DNA of 64,000 nt from an uncultured Chloroflexia bacterium. GTDB taxonomy: Bacteria > Chloroflexota > Dehalococcoidia > DSTF01 > WHTK01. Of the stretch, positions 1 to 10,311 are shown piece after piece. The stretch is taken from contig CAVTBL010000004.1 in NCBI GenBank assembly GCA_963732945.1, forward strand, positions 206,894 through 270,893, written 5' to 3'. Made by a program: the position numbers and the translations under genes. The notes under the pieces are model-generated. The model was not told the DNA's origin. It was given only the letters and a program-made list of their open reading frames with translations, and did no database searches. How positions within the stretch are numbered: the first letter of the stretch is position 1; every line of letters starts with the position of its first letter.

Positions 1-71
1 ACCGCTCGTGCTGAGGCTCTCGAATTACGAGCGGGGCCCAGCGTCGAGTGCGTTCCGTCTGTGTCTTGGGC

Positions 72-323
72 TCACGCCTGCTTGCGCGCCTCTGCCGTCG
101 CCTTATCCGGCACCCAGAGCTTGCACCACCACGGGCCGCCGACCACCATGTCGAGCTGCTGGTGGGCGCAGTAGCCGATGCCCTCGCGTAGCTCGCGATA
201 GTAGGCGCAGTTGTCGCAACGGTCGTCGTTCGTGCTCTCGGGCCAGAGGTCTGCTTCTTCGATGCGCTTCTGTAGCTCCTGGGTCGACTGAGCCATCGCG
301 GTCCTCCTTCGTCTGTCAGACAT
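72..323 (-). CDS. hypothetical small Cys-rich protein
   Basis: 83-aa ORF with cysteine pattern C-x2-C...YC...C; GGAGG Shine-Dalgarno ~8 nt upstream of ATG. Confidence 0.45.
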   Translation of the reverse strand: MSDRRRRTAMAQSTQELQKRIEEADLWPESTNDDRCDNCAYYRELREGIGYCAHQQLDMVVGGPWWCKLWVPDKATAEARKQA

Positions 324-423
324 CGCGTCGAGTCTGAGCCTCTCAGCGATCGTAGGCGCGAAGCGATCGCGAAGTCATGGCGGAGGCGGCGTTGGGCTCT
401 CGACCGTCTCGCGGTTTCGGAAG

Positions 424-909
424 TCAGGCGTCCGGGCTGCCGTTCACTGTGATGATGTGGCGGTGTATCTCCTCGGTTAGCCGCTCGACCTCCTGGGTCA
501 GATCGGCAACGTGCTGCGTGATTTCGGTGTTCTGTCGCAGCAGGGTCAGAAGCTGTTGCTGAAGCTCCTCGCGATGCTGCACGTCGGCGTCGGACCAGGC
601 CTTGTCGCGATGGGCCTGCCGCGTCTGTGCCAGGAGGATCAGCGGCGCCGCGTAGGCTGCCTGGGTGCTGAACGCCAGGTTGAGCAAGATGAACGGGTAC
701 GGGTCCCAGCGCAGGCCGGCAGCGACGGCGTTGATGGCAATCCAGGCGATAACAAGGCTTGTCTGGGTTATCAGATAGGTGGGCGTGCCGAAGAAGCGCG
801 CCATGCGCTCCGCCGTTCGCCCGAACTCGTCGGCACCGAACGGCGCCGCCAGGTGCGCTAGGGACTGATGATGCCGCGTCGTGGTCACGCGATCCTCCTT
901 GGCTACCAA
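424..909 (-). CDS. DUF1003-family membrane protein
   Basis: two predicted TM helices followed by a coiled-coil C-terminus, typical of the DUF1003 family. Confidence 0.6.
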   Translation of the reverse strand: MVAKEDRVTTTRHHQSLAHLAAPFGADEFGRTAERMARFFGTPTYLITQTSLVIAWIAINAVAAGLRWDPYPFILLNLAFSTQAAYAAPLILLAQTRQAHRDKAWSDADVQHREELQQQLLTLLRQNTEITQHVADLTQEVERLTEEIHRHIITVNGSPDA

Positions 910-1089
910 GAGCTATCGACGGCCGCAAGCAACGCTACGGTCGCCGTGCTGGATTATCGAACTGCGCGAGGCGAGGCGACAGATACTCAGCAAACTTCGA
1001 CTCACGAACCAGTGCCATCATTGACACCCATTCACTTCGCTGAGGACAATTCGAGCGGGCGGCGTAGTTGCAGCCCGGGAGGTGCCGCC

Positions 1090-1983
1090 GTGGCGTTCAT
1101 ATTCAAGATCGTTCCCGAGTACCAGAGAGTGGTGCGCTTTACACTGGGGCGCTTCGATGGCATTACGCGCGGTCCCGGGTGGGTCTGGGTGATCCCCTTT
1201 GTTCACAGCACCGTCACAGTCGACCTGCGCGAAGAGGTCTTCGACATCGAGCCGCAAACCAGCATCACGAAGGACAACGCGCCGGTGACGGTCGACATGC
1301 TGGTCTTCATGCGAGTTGTCGATCCCGAGATGGCGGTGCTCAAGGTGCAGAGCTACCGTCTGGCGGCGCGAGGCATGGCGGTCACGACTCTGCGCGCCGT
1401 AGTCGGCGACATGAACCTCGACGACGTGCTGTCGAAACGCGAGCAGATGAACGCGATCATGCAGGGCCGTATGGACGAGGTCACGGACCGCTGGGGTGTC
1501 AAGGTCAACGCGGTCGAGATTCGCGAGATCCTGCCGCCGCGTGAGATCCAGGAGGCGATGAGCCGCCAGATGTCGGCCGAGCGCTTCCGCCGCGCCACAG
1601 TCACCGAGGCGGACGGCACGCGCGAAGCCGCGATCCTGAGCGCCGAGGGCTCCAAGCAGGCGGCCATCCTCAACGCCGAGGGCTCCAGGCAGTCCGCGAT
1701 CCTCAACGCCGAGGGTAACCGCCAGTCGGCGATCCTCAACGCAGAAGGCTTCTCGATCGCGCTGGACCGTATCTACCAGACCGCTAACCGCGTCGACGAC
1801 AAAACGATGGCGCTCCAGTACCTGGACATGATGCGCACGCTGGCCGGCAGCCAATCGACGAAGTGGATCATCCCCGCGGAGTTGACCAGCTTCGTGACCG
1901 GATTCGCGCGCAACATGGCCGCGGCTGCCAGCCCCACACAGCCGGCGAGCCAGAACGGCAACAGCAGCAGCGAAGACGTCTAA
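1090..1983 (+). CDS. SPFH/band-7 (stomatin/HflK-like) domain protein
   Basis: SPFH core (FKIVPEYQRVVRFTLGRF...VTVDLRE...). C-terminal 11-aa tandem repeats AILNAEGS(K/R)Q(A/S) x4. The ORF track starts at 868 but overlaps the convergent gene; GTG at 1090 is preceded by GGGAGG. Confidence 0.75.
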   Translation: MAFIFKIVPEYQRVVRFTLGRFDGITRGPGWVWVIPFVHSTVTVDLREEVFDIEPQTSITKDNAPVTVDMLVFMRVVDPEMAVLKVQSYRLAARGMAVTTLRAVVGDMNLDDVLSKREQMNAIMQGRMDEVTDRWGVKVNAVEIREILPPREIQEAMSRQMSAERFRRATVTEADGTREAAILSAEGSKQAAILNAEGSRQSAILNAEGNRQSAILNAEGFSIALDRIYQTANRVDDKTMALQYLDMMRTLAGSQSTKWIIPAELTSFVTGFARNMAAAASPTQPASQNGNSSSEDV

Positions 1984-2041
1984 CTAGGGCAGCAGCGTAT
2001 CCGGGCAACATCGCGGAGTTCCGCGGTCGCTGCATCACCGC

Positions 2042-2251
2042 GAGATTCGACGACCCGACGTGCCTCCCGCGGCAGCTCGATCAAGAAGGTACCGTCGCGC
2101 CCTCGAGAAGGGTCAGGTGATGGCTGACCTCGCGCAGTGCATCGTTAGTGCGGAGGTTCATGGAACCGGACCGTAATGCTCTTCGCACGCCGAGATTAGA
2201 CGACGCAACGTAGACTCTCGCGCCAGCCCGATCAAAAGAGGTTACGATAAG
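2042..2251 (+). repeat. two diverged ~70-nt direct repeats (2042-2117 and 2192-2251) in the 5' region of the SH3b-domain gene
   Basis: GAGATTCGACGACCCGACG...GATCAAGAAGGTACCG...AAGGGTCAGG vs GAGATTAGACGACGCAACG...GATCAAAAGAGGTTACG...AAGGGACGGTAGG. Confidence 0.4.
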
Positions 2252-2294
2252 GGACGGTAGGCGCCGGGGCGGGGCGGCGACCAGAGGTCACTGC

Positions 2295-3074
2295 ATGTAC
2301 GAACCCGAAGAACGTTCCAGTCTAGGCAGCCGCATCCCCTTCGTCCTTGGCGCCATCGTCGCAGCAGCCGCCGTCATCGCGGTTGCCGTGTTCGTGTTCA
2401 AGGTCGGGCGCAGTAGTGGCGGCGACGGTGGCGGCAGCAACCAGACCATCATTCCCACAGTGGCGCCATCGCCCACCCCGGTCGGCTCGACGCCCGAAGA
2501 GGTGGCACTCGGGGCCTACGTGCAGACCAACCTCAAGGCCACCTACGCCGGCGACTGCTCGAAGCCGGCAGCGCCCTCAGCGGCGGGTCAGTCACCGATC
2601 GCTGGCCAGACGCCTGTCGCGGGCGTGAGTGGCGCCAGCGGCGCACCCGCGGCACCGAACGCGGCATCGACGCTGTGCTCGACCAGGAAGGGCGATCGCC
2701 AGGGCGCCGAGGCTTACGTTCTCGGCCCGTCGGCGACGAACTCGACCGAGTGGGCGTTCCTCGCGCAGCAGAACGGCGCCTGGCAGGTGACGCAGATTAC
2801 GCAAATAACGCCCGAGAACAGCATCGTGCCCGGCATCCCGTGGCCCTTGGCGCAGGGCGCCGAGGTCGTCGTGGTCGGCACCGGCGCCTGCCTCAACGTG
2901 CGCACCGAGCCCAAAGTCGACCCCGGAAACGCCGTCGACTGCATCGCCGACGGCACGAAGATCAAGCTCGCCGCCGGCCCCACGGACGCCGACGGCATCC
3001 AGTGGTGGCAGGTCGACGGGCGAGCCGGCTGGGTCGCCGGTACCTACCTGCGCTACGAAGACGCGGCGCAGTAG
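2295..3074 (+). CDS. membrane-anchored protein with C-terminal SH3b-like domain
   Basis: N-terminal TM helix, Pro/Ala/Gly-rich linker, C-terminal W-rich bacterial-SH3-like segment (GIQWWQVDGRAGWVAGTYL). Confidence 0.55.
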   Translation: MYEPEERSSLGSRIPFVLGAIVAAAAVIAVAVFVFKVGRSSGGDGGGSNQTIIPTVAPSPTPVGSTPEEVALGAYVQTNLKATYAGDCSKPAAPSAAGQSPIAGQTPVAGVSGASGAPAAPNAASTLCSTRKGDRQGAEAYVLGPSATNSTEWAFLAQQNGAWQVTQITQITPENSIVPGIPWPLAQGAEVVVVGTGACLNVRTEPKVDPGNAVDCIADGTKIKLAAGPTDADGIQWWQVDGRAGWVAGTYLRYEDAAQ

Positions 3075-3079
3075 AAGCT

Positions 3080-3190
3080 GCAAGCTGAAAGCTACAAGCT
3101 CCTGGTAAAGCAGTAAGGCCGACGAAAACTCAGGACGTCGAACTCAGGACGTCAAATGAGCTTGAAGCTTGAGGCTTTTAGCTTTGAGTT
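3080..3190. repeat. convergent-gene spacer built of heptamer tandem repeats (GCAAGCT/GAAAGCT/ACAAGCT ... AGCTTGA/AGCTTGAG/GCTTTTA) flanking a 13-nt direct repeat AACTCAGGACGTC x2
   Basis: read directly; forms a long imperfect inverted repeat between the stops of two convergent genes. Confidence 0.45.
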
Positions 3191-4385
3191 ACTTCGCCGA
3201 GGTGCGGTAGTGGTGGACGAAGCGCGACATGCGGTGCAGCGCCTCTTCTAGCAGGTCGTACTTCTGGGCGTAGCAGATGCGGATGTGGCCGGCGCCGCCC
3301 TGGCCGAACGCCTGGCCCGGCACGACCGCTACCTTCTCTTCGAGCAGCAGGCGTCCGGCGAACTCTTCGTCGTCGAGGCCGGTGCTGCGAATCGAGGGGA
3401 AGGCGTAGAACGCGCCCTTGGGTTCGTGCAGCTCGAGGCCCATGTCGCGACAGGCTCGAATCACCAGCTCGCGGCGGCGGGCGTACTCGCCGAGCATGCC
3501 CTGTACGTCCTCTTCGCCGGAACGCAGCGCCTCGACGGCGGCGTGCTGCGCTGCCGTGGGCGCAGACATCATCACGTACTGGTGCACGCGCATCATTGCG
3601 TCCGTGATCATCGGCGGGGCGCAGACGTAGCCGAGACGCCAGCCCGTCATCGCGTAGGCCTTCGAGAAGCCGCCGAGCAGGACCGTGCGCTCCTTCATGC
3701 CCGGCAACGACGGCACGCTGACGTGCTCGACGCCGTAGACCAGGCGGTCGTAGATCTCGTCCGAGATTACGAACAGGTCGTGGCGCTTGACCACGTCGAC
3801 TACGGCTTCGAGCGAGCTGCGCTCCATCACAGCGCCCGTCGGGTTGCTGGGGTAGCCGAGCAGCACCGCCTTGGTCTGAGGCGTGATCTTGTCTTCGAGC
3901 GGCCCCGGCTCCAGTTGGAAGCCGTTGGATGCGTGAGTCGGGACTGTAACCCACTTGCCGCCCGCGAACACCACGTTTGGCATATAGGCGACGTAGGACG
4001 GGTCGGTAGAGATGACCTCGTCGCCCTCGTCCAAGAGCGACTGCGTGGCGAGGTTGAGGGCCTCGCTAACGCCGGTCGTGATGATGATCTCGGTGTGAGG
4101 GTCGTAGCGAACGCCGTATAGGCGCTCGAGCTGCGCCGCGATCAGCTCGCGTAGCTCGAGAAGGCCGAAGTTCGAGGTGTAGGCGGTCTCGCCGGCCTCG
4201 ATCGACCGGATGGCGGCCTGGCTGATGTGGTTAGGCGTCACGAAGTCGGGTTCGCCGACTCCCAGTGAGATGACGCCGTCGGTTGTGTCGATCAGCTCGA
4301 AGAAGCGGCGAATGCCCGAAGCCGAGACGAGGTCCAGCTTCGAGGATACGGCTCCACGCCTCGCGGACCTACCGGGGGCAAGCAT
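3189..4385 (-). CDS. PLP-dependent aminotransferase, class I/II (aspartate aminotransferase family)
   Basis: aminotransferase core with SKAYAMTGWRLGY PLP-lysine region. ATG at 4385 preferred over the TTG at 4421 given by the ORF track. Confidence 0.8.
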   Translation of the reverse strand: MLAPGRSARRGAVSSKLDLVSASGIRRFFELIDTTDGVISLGVGEPDFVTPNHISQAAIRSIEAGETAYTSNFGLLELRELIAAQLERLYGVRYDPHTEIIITTGVSEALNLATQSLLDEGDEVISTDPSYVAYMPNVVFAGGKWVTVPTHASNGFQLEPGPLEDKITPQTKAVLLGYPSNPTGAVMERSSLEAVVDVVKRHDLFVISDEIYDRLVYGVEHVSVPSLPGMKERTVLLGGFSKAYAMTGWRLGYVCAPPMITDAMMRVHQYVMMSAPTAAQHAAVEALRSGEEDVQGMLGEYARRRELVIRACRDMGLELHEPKGAFYAFPSIRSTGLDDEEFAGRLLLEEKVAVVPGQAFGQGGAGHIRICYAQKYDLLEEALHRMSRFVHHYRTSAK

Positions 4386-4475
4386 GCACGGAAGTATATG
4401 GCAAGCTACAGCTTCGACCAAGCGCTAGCGAGGCTCGACACGTAACATTCCGGAAATAGCGCCGTAAAGGCCGCG

Positions 4476-4593
4476 TCAGGCGTTTCTCAGGTCTTCTTCA
4501 GTCAGACCAAGGTCCCGCAGGATCGTTCGAAGTGTGCCGACGGCGATTTCTCGACTCTCGTGGCAGTTTGCGAGTTAGCTCGCTATACGTCAT
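4476..4593 (-). pseudogene. hicA: HicA-like toxin remnant (frameshifted or truncated)
   Basis: ATG overlaps the hicB stop (ATGA). The N-terminal MTYSELTRKL reads in one frame; the HicA-like C-terminus REIAVGTLRTILRDLGLTEEDLRNA reads in another. The central GSHH segment is missing. Confidence 0.35.
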
Positions 4594-4841
4594 TCAGGCG
4601 CGGGTACGACGACCTGGGCCTTGACTATCGTGTCGGCGTGCAGCACCTCGAGCCGTGCCGGCGTCGGCAAACCATCTTCTTTGATGAGATCGAGAAGGAC
4701 TCGTGCCACATCCTCTATGTTCTCGATCGCGTCAGCAATCGTGTCGCGCTCTGCGAGGCAGCCCCTGAGGTTGGGCGAGGTCGCAAGGAAGCGACCATCC
4801 TCCAGGCGTTCAACTTGAACGTCGAGTCGATACTTCTTCAC
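4590..4841 (-). CDS. hicB: HicB-family antitoxin
   Basis: HicB-like N-terminal domain (YRLDVQVERLEDGRFLATSPNLRGCLAERDTIADAIENIEDV). Confidence 0.7.
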   Translation of the reverse strand: MKKYRLDVQVERLEDGRFLATSPNLRGCLAERDTIADAIENIEDVARVLLDLIKEDGLPTPARLEVLHADTIVKAQVVVPAPE

Positions 4842-4857
4842 GCAGCCAATGTTGCAC

Positions 4858-6331
<1,474 letters not shown>

Positions 6332-6334
6332 CGG

Positions 6335-6625
6335 CTACTCTTCGAGCACCGCGCGCACGCGCAGGTAGCCATCGTGCTGAGAGGGCGCGATCGCGAGCAC
6401 CTCGCCGGCGCCCAGCGAGGCTTCGGGTACGTCGGGCGCCATCACGCTCTCGAGCGGCAGCGTGTGGGTCGTCGGCTCGACGCCGGTGGTGTCGATCTGC
6501 CGCAGCACGTCGAAGTGCTCGAGGATGGTCGAGAGCTGCTGCTGGAACTTCTCGACGTCGGCGTCGGTCAGGTGCACGCGGGCCAGCCGCGCGACGTGCA
6601 GCACTTCTTCGCGGGTGAGGGACAT
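6335..6625 (-). CDS. gatC: Asp-tRNA(Asn)/Glu-tRNA(Gln) amidotransferase subunit C
   Basis: 96-aa GatC-like protein immediately upstream of gatA, with a 4-nt overlap. Confidence 0.85.
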   Translation of the reverse strand: MSLTREEVLHVARLARVHLTDADVEKFQQQLSTILEHFDVLRQIDTTGVEPTTHTLPLESVMAPDVPEASLGAGEVLAIAPSQHDGYLRVRAVLEE

Positions 6626-6668
6626 GGCGTAAGTCTAGCAGCGCCCCGGGAACAGGCAACGCTCACGG

Positions 6669-7403
6669 GTGGAGCAACGGAGTGGGTATGCCCTGGCCAG
6701 CCTTTATGGACCAATGAATTCAAACCCAACCGGGCCGCCGGTTTGCATCAGTTCTATGAGCTCGATCTCAAACAGAGCTATAAACTCGGGAACCGAGGGA
6801 ACCACCAGCGGGTCCGTTACACTGGTCGATATGACGATTGACCCAGGAGATGACGATTCCTTTCAAACGTTCCACCATCACGACTTCACAATCAGTTACC
6901 CGCTAAATTGGGAAGCCGAGTACAAACAAACCGGTGTCGTACGCTGCTGGCTGGACGATTACTCCGAGCTCTACACCTGGTACGTCGACTCAGAAAGGAG
7001 GTTGGCTAATCCGGGTAGCCTTTCACTGTTCGCTCAATACGCTCTGATGTATTTGCTTCGGCGCCAAGGATTTCATTCCCTAACGTGGTTTGAACTCGGT
7101 GCAAACTACAAGAGGCCGTTCAAAAACGAAGCCATGCTGGATAGTCAATTCGCAATCATGAGGCGATGGATGGGCGCGGGAACCTTCGAAGCCCTTCGGG
7201 GCGCTCTCGCCAACAGCGCCTTGGGGGCATGGAGGGGAGAGCCAGACCTCTTTTGCTGGGAGCCAGCCACAGCACGATGGTTTTTCGCGGAGGCAAAGGG
7301 CCGAGGCGACAAGTTGCGCGCCTCGCAGTTTGAATGGTTCAGTGTCTGCCACACAGCCTGCCCGGATATTGATATCCGGGTTTACTCACTGAAGCCGGAG
7401 TAG
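6669..7403 (+). CDS. VRR-NUC domain nuclease (lower-GC singleton)
   Basis: C-terminal VRR-NUC motifs (GEPDLFCWEP...WFFAEAKGRGDKLRASQFEWF). GC visibly lower than the flanks. Alternative start ATG 6831. Lone plus-strand gene among minus-strand genes. Confidence 0.6.
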   Translation: MEQRSGYALASLYGPMNSNPTGPPVCISSMSSISNRAINSGTEGTTSGSVTLVDMTIDPGDDDSFQTFHHHDFTISYPLNWEAEYKQTGVVRCWLDDYSELYTWYVDSERRLANPGSLSLFAQYALMYLLRRQGFHSLTWFELGANYKRPFKNEAMLDSQFAIMRRWMGAGTFEALRGALANSALGAWRGEPDLFCWEPATARWFFAEAKGRGDKLRASQFEWFSVCHTACPDIDIRVYSLKPE

Positions 7404-7537
7404 GTGCGACGGTAATCGGCCTCATCTGCCGCAGAGTGGCGAAGTCCCCTGCGGTTCGGAGGACTAGCAACCCTCCAGCGTCACCTCTGAGTCTCGCCGT
7501 TTGAGCACTGCCCGGACCTTCTCGCCGAGTGCAAGCC

Positions 7538-7972
7538 CTACGCGGGCTCGGCGACGAAGACCGGGATCTTGCGCGTCGTGCGCTGCTGGTACTCCTCGTA
7601 CGGCGGGTAGGCCTGGACGGCGATAGCCCAGAGGCGCGCTCGTTCGGCGTCGTCCGCTACTTCACGGACCCGCATCGACGTCACCTCGGCGCGGTCGCGG
7701 ATCTCGACCGCGGGGTTGGCGCGCAGGTTGTAGACCCAGGTCGGGTTCTTGGGCGCACCGCCGACGGAGCCGATGAGCACGTAGTTGTCGCCGTCCTTGA
7801 CGCGCATCAGGGGCGTCTTGCGGATGGCGCCGCTCTTGTTGCCCTTGTTCGTCACGATTACGACCGGCAGGCCGGTGTCGCGCAGGGTGTTAGCCTCCGC
7901 GCCGTTCGTGGCCTCGTAGCGCTCGACCTGCTCCCGGACCCAGTCTCGCGGGCTCGGTACGTATTCAGCCAT
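7538..7972 (-). CDS. F420H2-dependent nitroreductase family protein (Ddn/PNPOx-like, DUF385)
   Basis: deazaflavin-dependent nitroreductase-like fold motifs (PVVIVTNKGNKSGAIRKTPLMRV...YVLIGS). Confidence 0.7.
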   Translation of the reverse strand: MAEYVPSPRDWVREQVERYEATNGAEANTLRDTGLPVVIVTNKGNKSGAIRKTPLMRVKDGDNYVLIGSVGGAPKNPTWVYNLRANPAVEIRDRAEVTSMRVREVADDAERARLWAIAVQAYPPYEEYQQRTTRKIPVFVAEPA

Positions 7973-8071
7973 CTCGGTTCCTCACTCTCGGTTCGGTTGG
8001 CAGCGGCGGTGGTAAGTGGGGCAAGCCTATCGAGGAGGGATGAGGGCGTCAAACGAGCCGGGCCGCAATGG

Positions 8072-8695
8072 CTACGGCTGCGCGTCCGCTTCCGTCGCGA
8101 GGCGCCGGAGCTCGCTGACCACGCCTTCTACGGCCATCTGGGCTGCCTCTGATGCCTCATCGTTGCTGAGGTGGTAGACGTCCATCAGTGGCAAGCCGGC
8201 TTCGGCGCTGGCCAAGTGTGCGATCATTGCGGCTGCTCGCTTGGTGGGCGCTTCCGGCGCACCAATACTGGCCAGAACCTCGAAGATTGCCTCCACCCTG
8301 GCGCGCCGTCGCCGCATGCGGACGTCCTGAGCGAAGCCGGCGCCAATACTGAACTGCGCCCGCATCAGGTCGGCCTGCTTGCGAGAGTTCTCGTACAGAA
8401 TGCGCACCAGTTCCTTCAGGTTGTCCGGTGTACGAGGAATATAGGGATTCGGGTGCAGTTCGCCCTCAATGTGTTCGGCCAGGCCTTGCAGGCGCGCTTC
8501 TCGGTCCGGGAAGTAGTGGTAGACCGTACGCACGGAGACGCCCGCCCGCTCAGCCGCCTCGGGCACCGAAATGTCGGAGACGCCAGTGTGGCGGAGTTGC
8601 TCGACGAATGCTCGGAGGATAGCCTCCCGCGTTCGGCTGGCTTGCTCACGCCGCAGCTGGCTCTCGTATGTACGCCCTTGTCTAGCGGAAGTCAC
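8072..8695 (-). CDS. TetR/AcrR family transcriptional regulator
   Basis: N-terminal TetR HTH (REAILRAFVEQLRHTGVSDISVPEAAERAGVSVRTVYHYF). Confidence 0.8.
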   Translation of the reverse strand: MTSARQGRTYESQLRREQASRTREAILRAFVEQLRHTGVSDISVPEAAERAGVSVRTVYHYFPDREARLQGLAEHIEGELHPNPYIPRTPDNLKELVRILYENSRKQADLMRAQFSIGAGFAQDVRMRRRRARVEAIFEVLASIGAPEAPTKRAAAMIAHLASAEAGLPLMDVYHLSNDEASEAAQMAVEGVVSELRRLATEADAQP

Positions 8696-9133
8696 CTAGA
8701 CCGGAAACAGCGGCGATTCGACTCCGTGACGCCTGGCTGCGGCAACCAGTGCCGGCATGTCATCCGCGGACGGAACGCTACGGGAGACGTCCTCGAAGAA
8801 GTCTGCCGCGCTCGCAGGGGACGTGATTGTGTAGAAATGCGCCGTTTCGCTCTTTACCTCGTAACGATGGAGGGTATTGGCGGGAATATGGACACAGTCA
8901 CCGGGCTGAAGTGTCACCACTTCGTCGCCGCGCTGCACGAGCAGTTCGCCTTCAAGCAGGATGTAGGCCTCGTCCCAGGGGTGGTGGTGCGGCGGCGGTC
9001 CCGTTTCACGGGGCCCTCGGACGTCGATGATCTCGAAGGCGGCGCCTCGGACCAGGGGACGCATTTCTTCCCCCACGACCTTGAGGGCCTCGATGCCCGC
9101 GGTATGTGCGACTGGTGCAGCGGTTGTAGTCAC
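8696..9133 (-). CDS. cupin domain protein
   Basis: cupin motifs (GPPPHHHPWDEAYILLEGEL...GDCVHIPANTLH). Start abuts the TetR stop. Confidence 0.7.
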   Translation of the reverse strand: MTTTAAPVAHTAGIEALKVVGEEMRPLVRGAAFEIIDVRGPRETGPPPHHHPWDEAYILLEGELLVQRGDEVVTLQPGDCVHIPANTLHRYEVKSETAHFYTITSPASAADFFEDVSRSVPSADDMPALVAAARRHGVESPLFPV

Positions 9134-9542
9134 TCTACTTCTCCTTTGGCTGCATGCTTATGCATTCACTGCATAACTCTGAAATGAATATAACGAGCCA
9201 ATGATGCATACGCAAGTCGGCGGACGCATCAATTTCTCCTATGCGCAACCTGTGAGCAATCGAAGACACTCAATCGGTTGCCCGACTGGTGGCACGGCTC
9301 CGAGACTCCAACTCCTCTCCAAGCAGCTGGGCACACTCTGTTAATCACTTCTCTCGTTTGAGAAAAGACGACGGCGCGATCCCCGGCACACATGCAGCAA
9401 CCAGGCCGGCAGCCAGCAAGTCAGCGGGAAGGCATTCGTCAAAGATGGGCGATTCAGGTAGGCGAAGGCCTCTGCTTGCGTGATCATGACGCGCTGTGCG
9501 TCGATCACGACGATGCCCACCTGCTACCATGTTTGACGGTGG

Positions 9543-10304
9543 GTGCAGGACGCAGGAGTGACTAACCAAACAAAGACGGCCTCGAGTCTCGACCAGGTCG
9601 TCCTTGGCAACCCAAGCTACGTCTGGCGGTTCGGTCAGGAGCGACGGCTGGAGATGATCCGGCACTACCTCCCGCTCGAAGGCGCGCGCGTGCTCGACAT
9701 CGGCTGCGGGCTCGGCGCCTACCTCAACCGCCTCGGCGCCTTTACCGACAAGGCTTACGGCATCGACATCGACCAGCCTCGAGTTGTCGAAGGCGCGCAG
9801 AACGGCATTCCGGGCATGGCCGTGGCGTTGAGCGAATCGCTGCCATTCGCCGACGGCGTGTTCGACGGCGTGCTGCTCAACGAGGTCATCGAGCACGTCG
9901 GCAACGACCGCGACACGCTGCGCGAGGCGTTGCGCGTCACGCGTCGCGGCGGGCGCATCGTGATCTTCGCGCCGAACCGCTTCTACCCGTTCGAGACGCA
10001 CGGCGTCTACCTCGGCGAGCGCTACGTGTTCGGCAACATCCCGCTGGTGAACTACCTGCCGGACCCACTGCGCAACAGGCTGGTGCCACACGCCCGCGCC
10101 TACACGCGCGCTCGCCTCGAATCGATAACGGCGGGCCTGCCGGCGCGCTGGGTAGCGTGGACCGTGATCTTCCCGGGCTTCGACAACGTGCTGGCGCGCA
10201 AGCCGGCGCTGGGCAAATCGCTGCGAAAAGTCACCTATACGCTGGAGCACAACTGGCTCAAGCGTCTCGGCCTCTCTCATCTCTTGATCCTGGAGCGTCT
10301 CTAA
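9543..10304 (+). CDS. class I SAM-dependent methyltransferase
   Basis: motif I VLDIGCGLGAY and a downstream acidic motif, Methyltransf_11-like. Confidence 0.8.
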   Translation: MQDAGVTNQTKTASSLDQVVLGNPSYVWRFGQERRLEMIRHYLPLEGARVLDIGCGLGAYLNRLGAFTDKAYGIDIDQPRVVEGAQNGIPGMAVALSESLPFADGVFDGVLLNEVIEHVGNDRDTLREALRVTRRGGRIVIFAPNRFYPFETHGVYLGERYVFGNIPLVNYLPDPLRNRLVPHARAYTRARLESITAGLPARWVAWTVIFPGFDNVLARKPALGKSLRKVTYTLEHNWLKRLGLSHLLILERL

Positions 10305-10311
10305 CTACTCG

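Noticed and set aside
1018-1854. Long antisense or out-of-frame ORFs typical of high-GC DNA (e.g. 1018-1854 -, 9345-10280 -, 10258-11280 -, 20585-22246 +, 31012-32280 -, 38944-40704 -, 37904-38758 -)
   Set aside because: Translations are Arg/Ala/Gly-rich low-complexity strings overlapping well-supported genes on the other strand or frame; no domain signatures.
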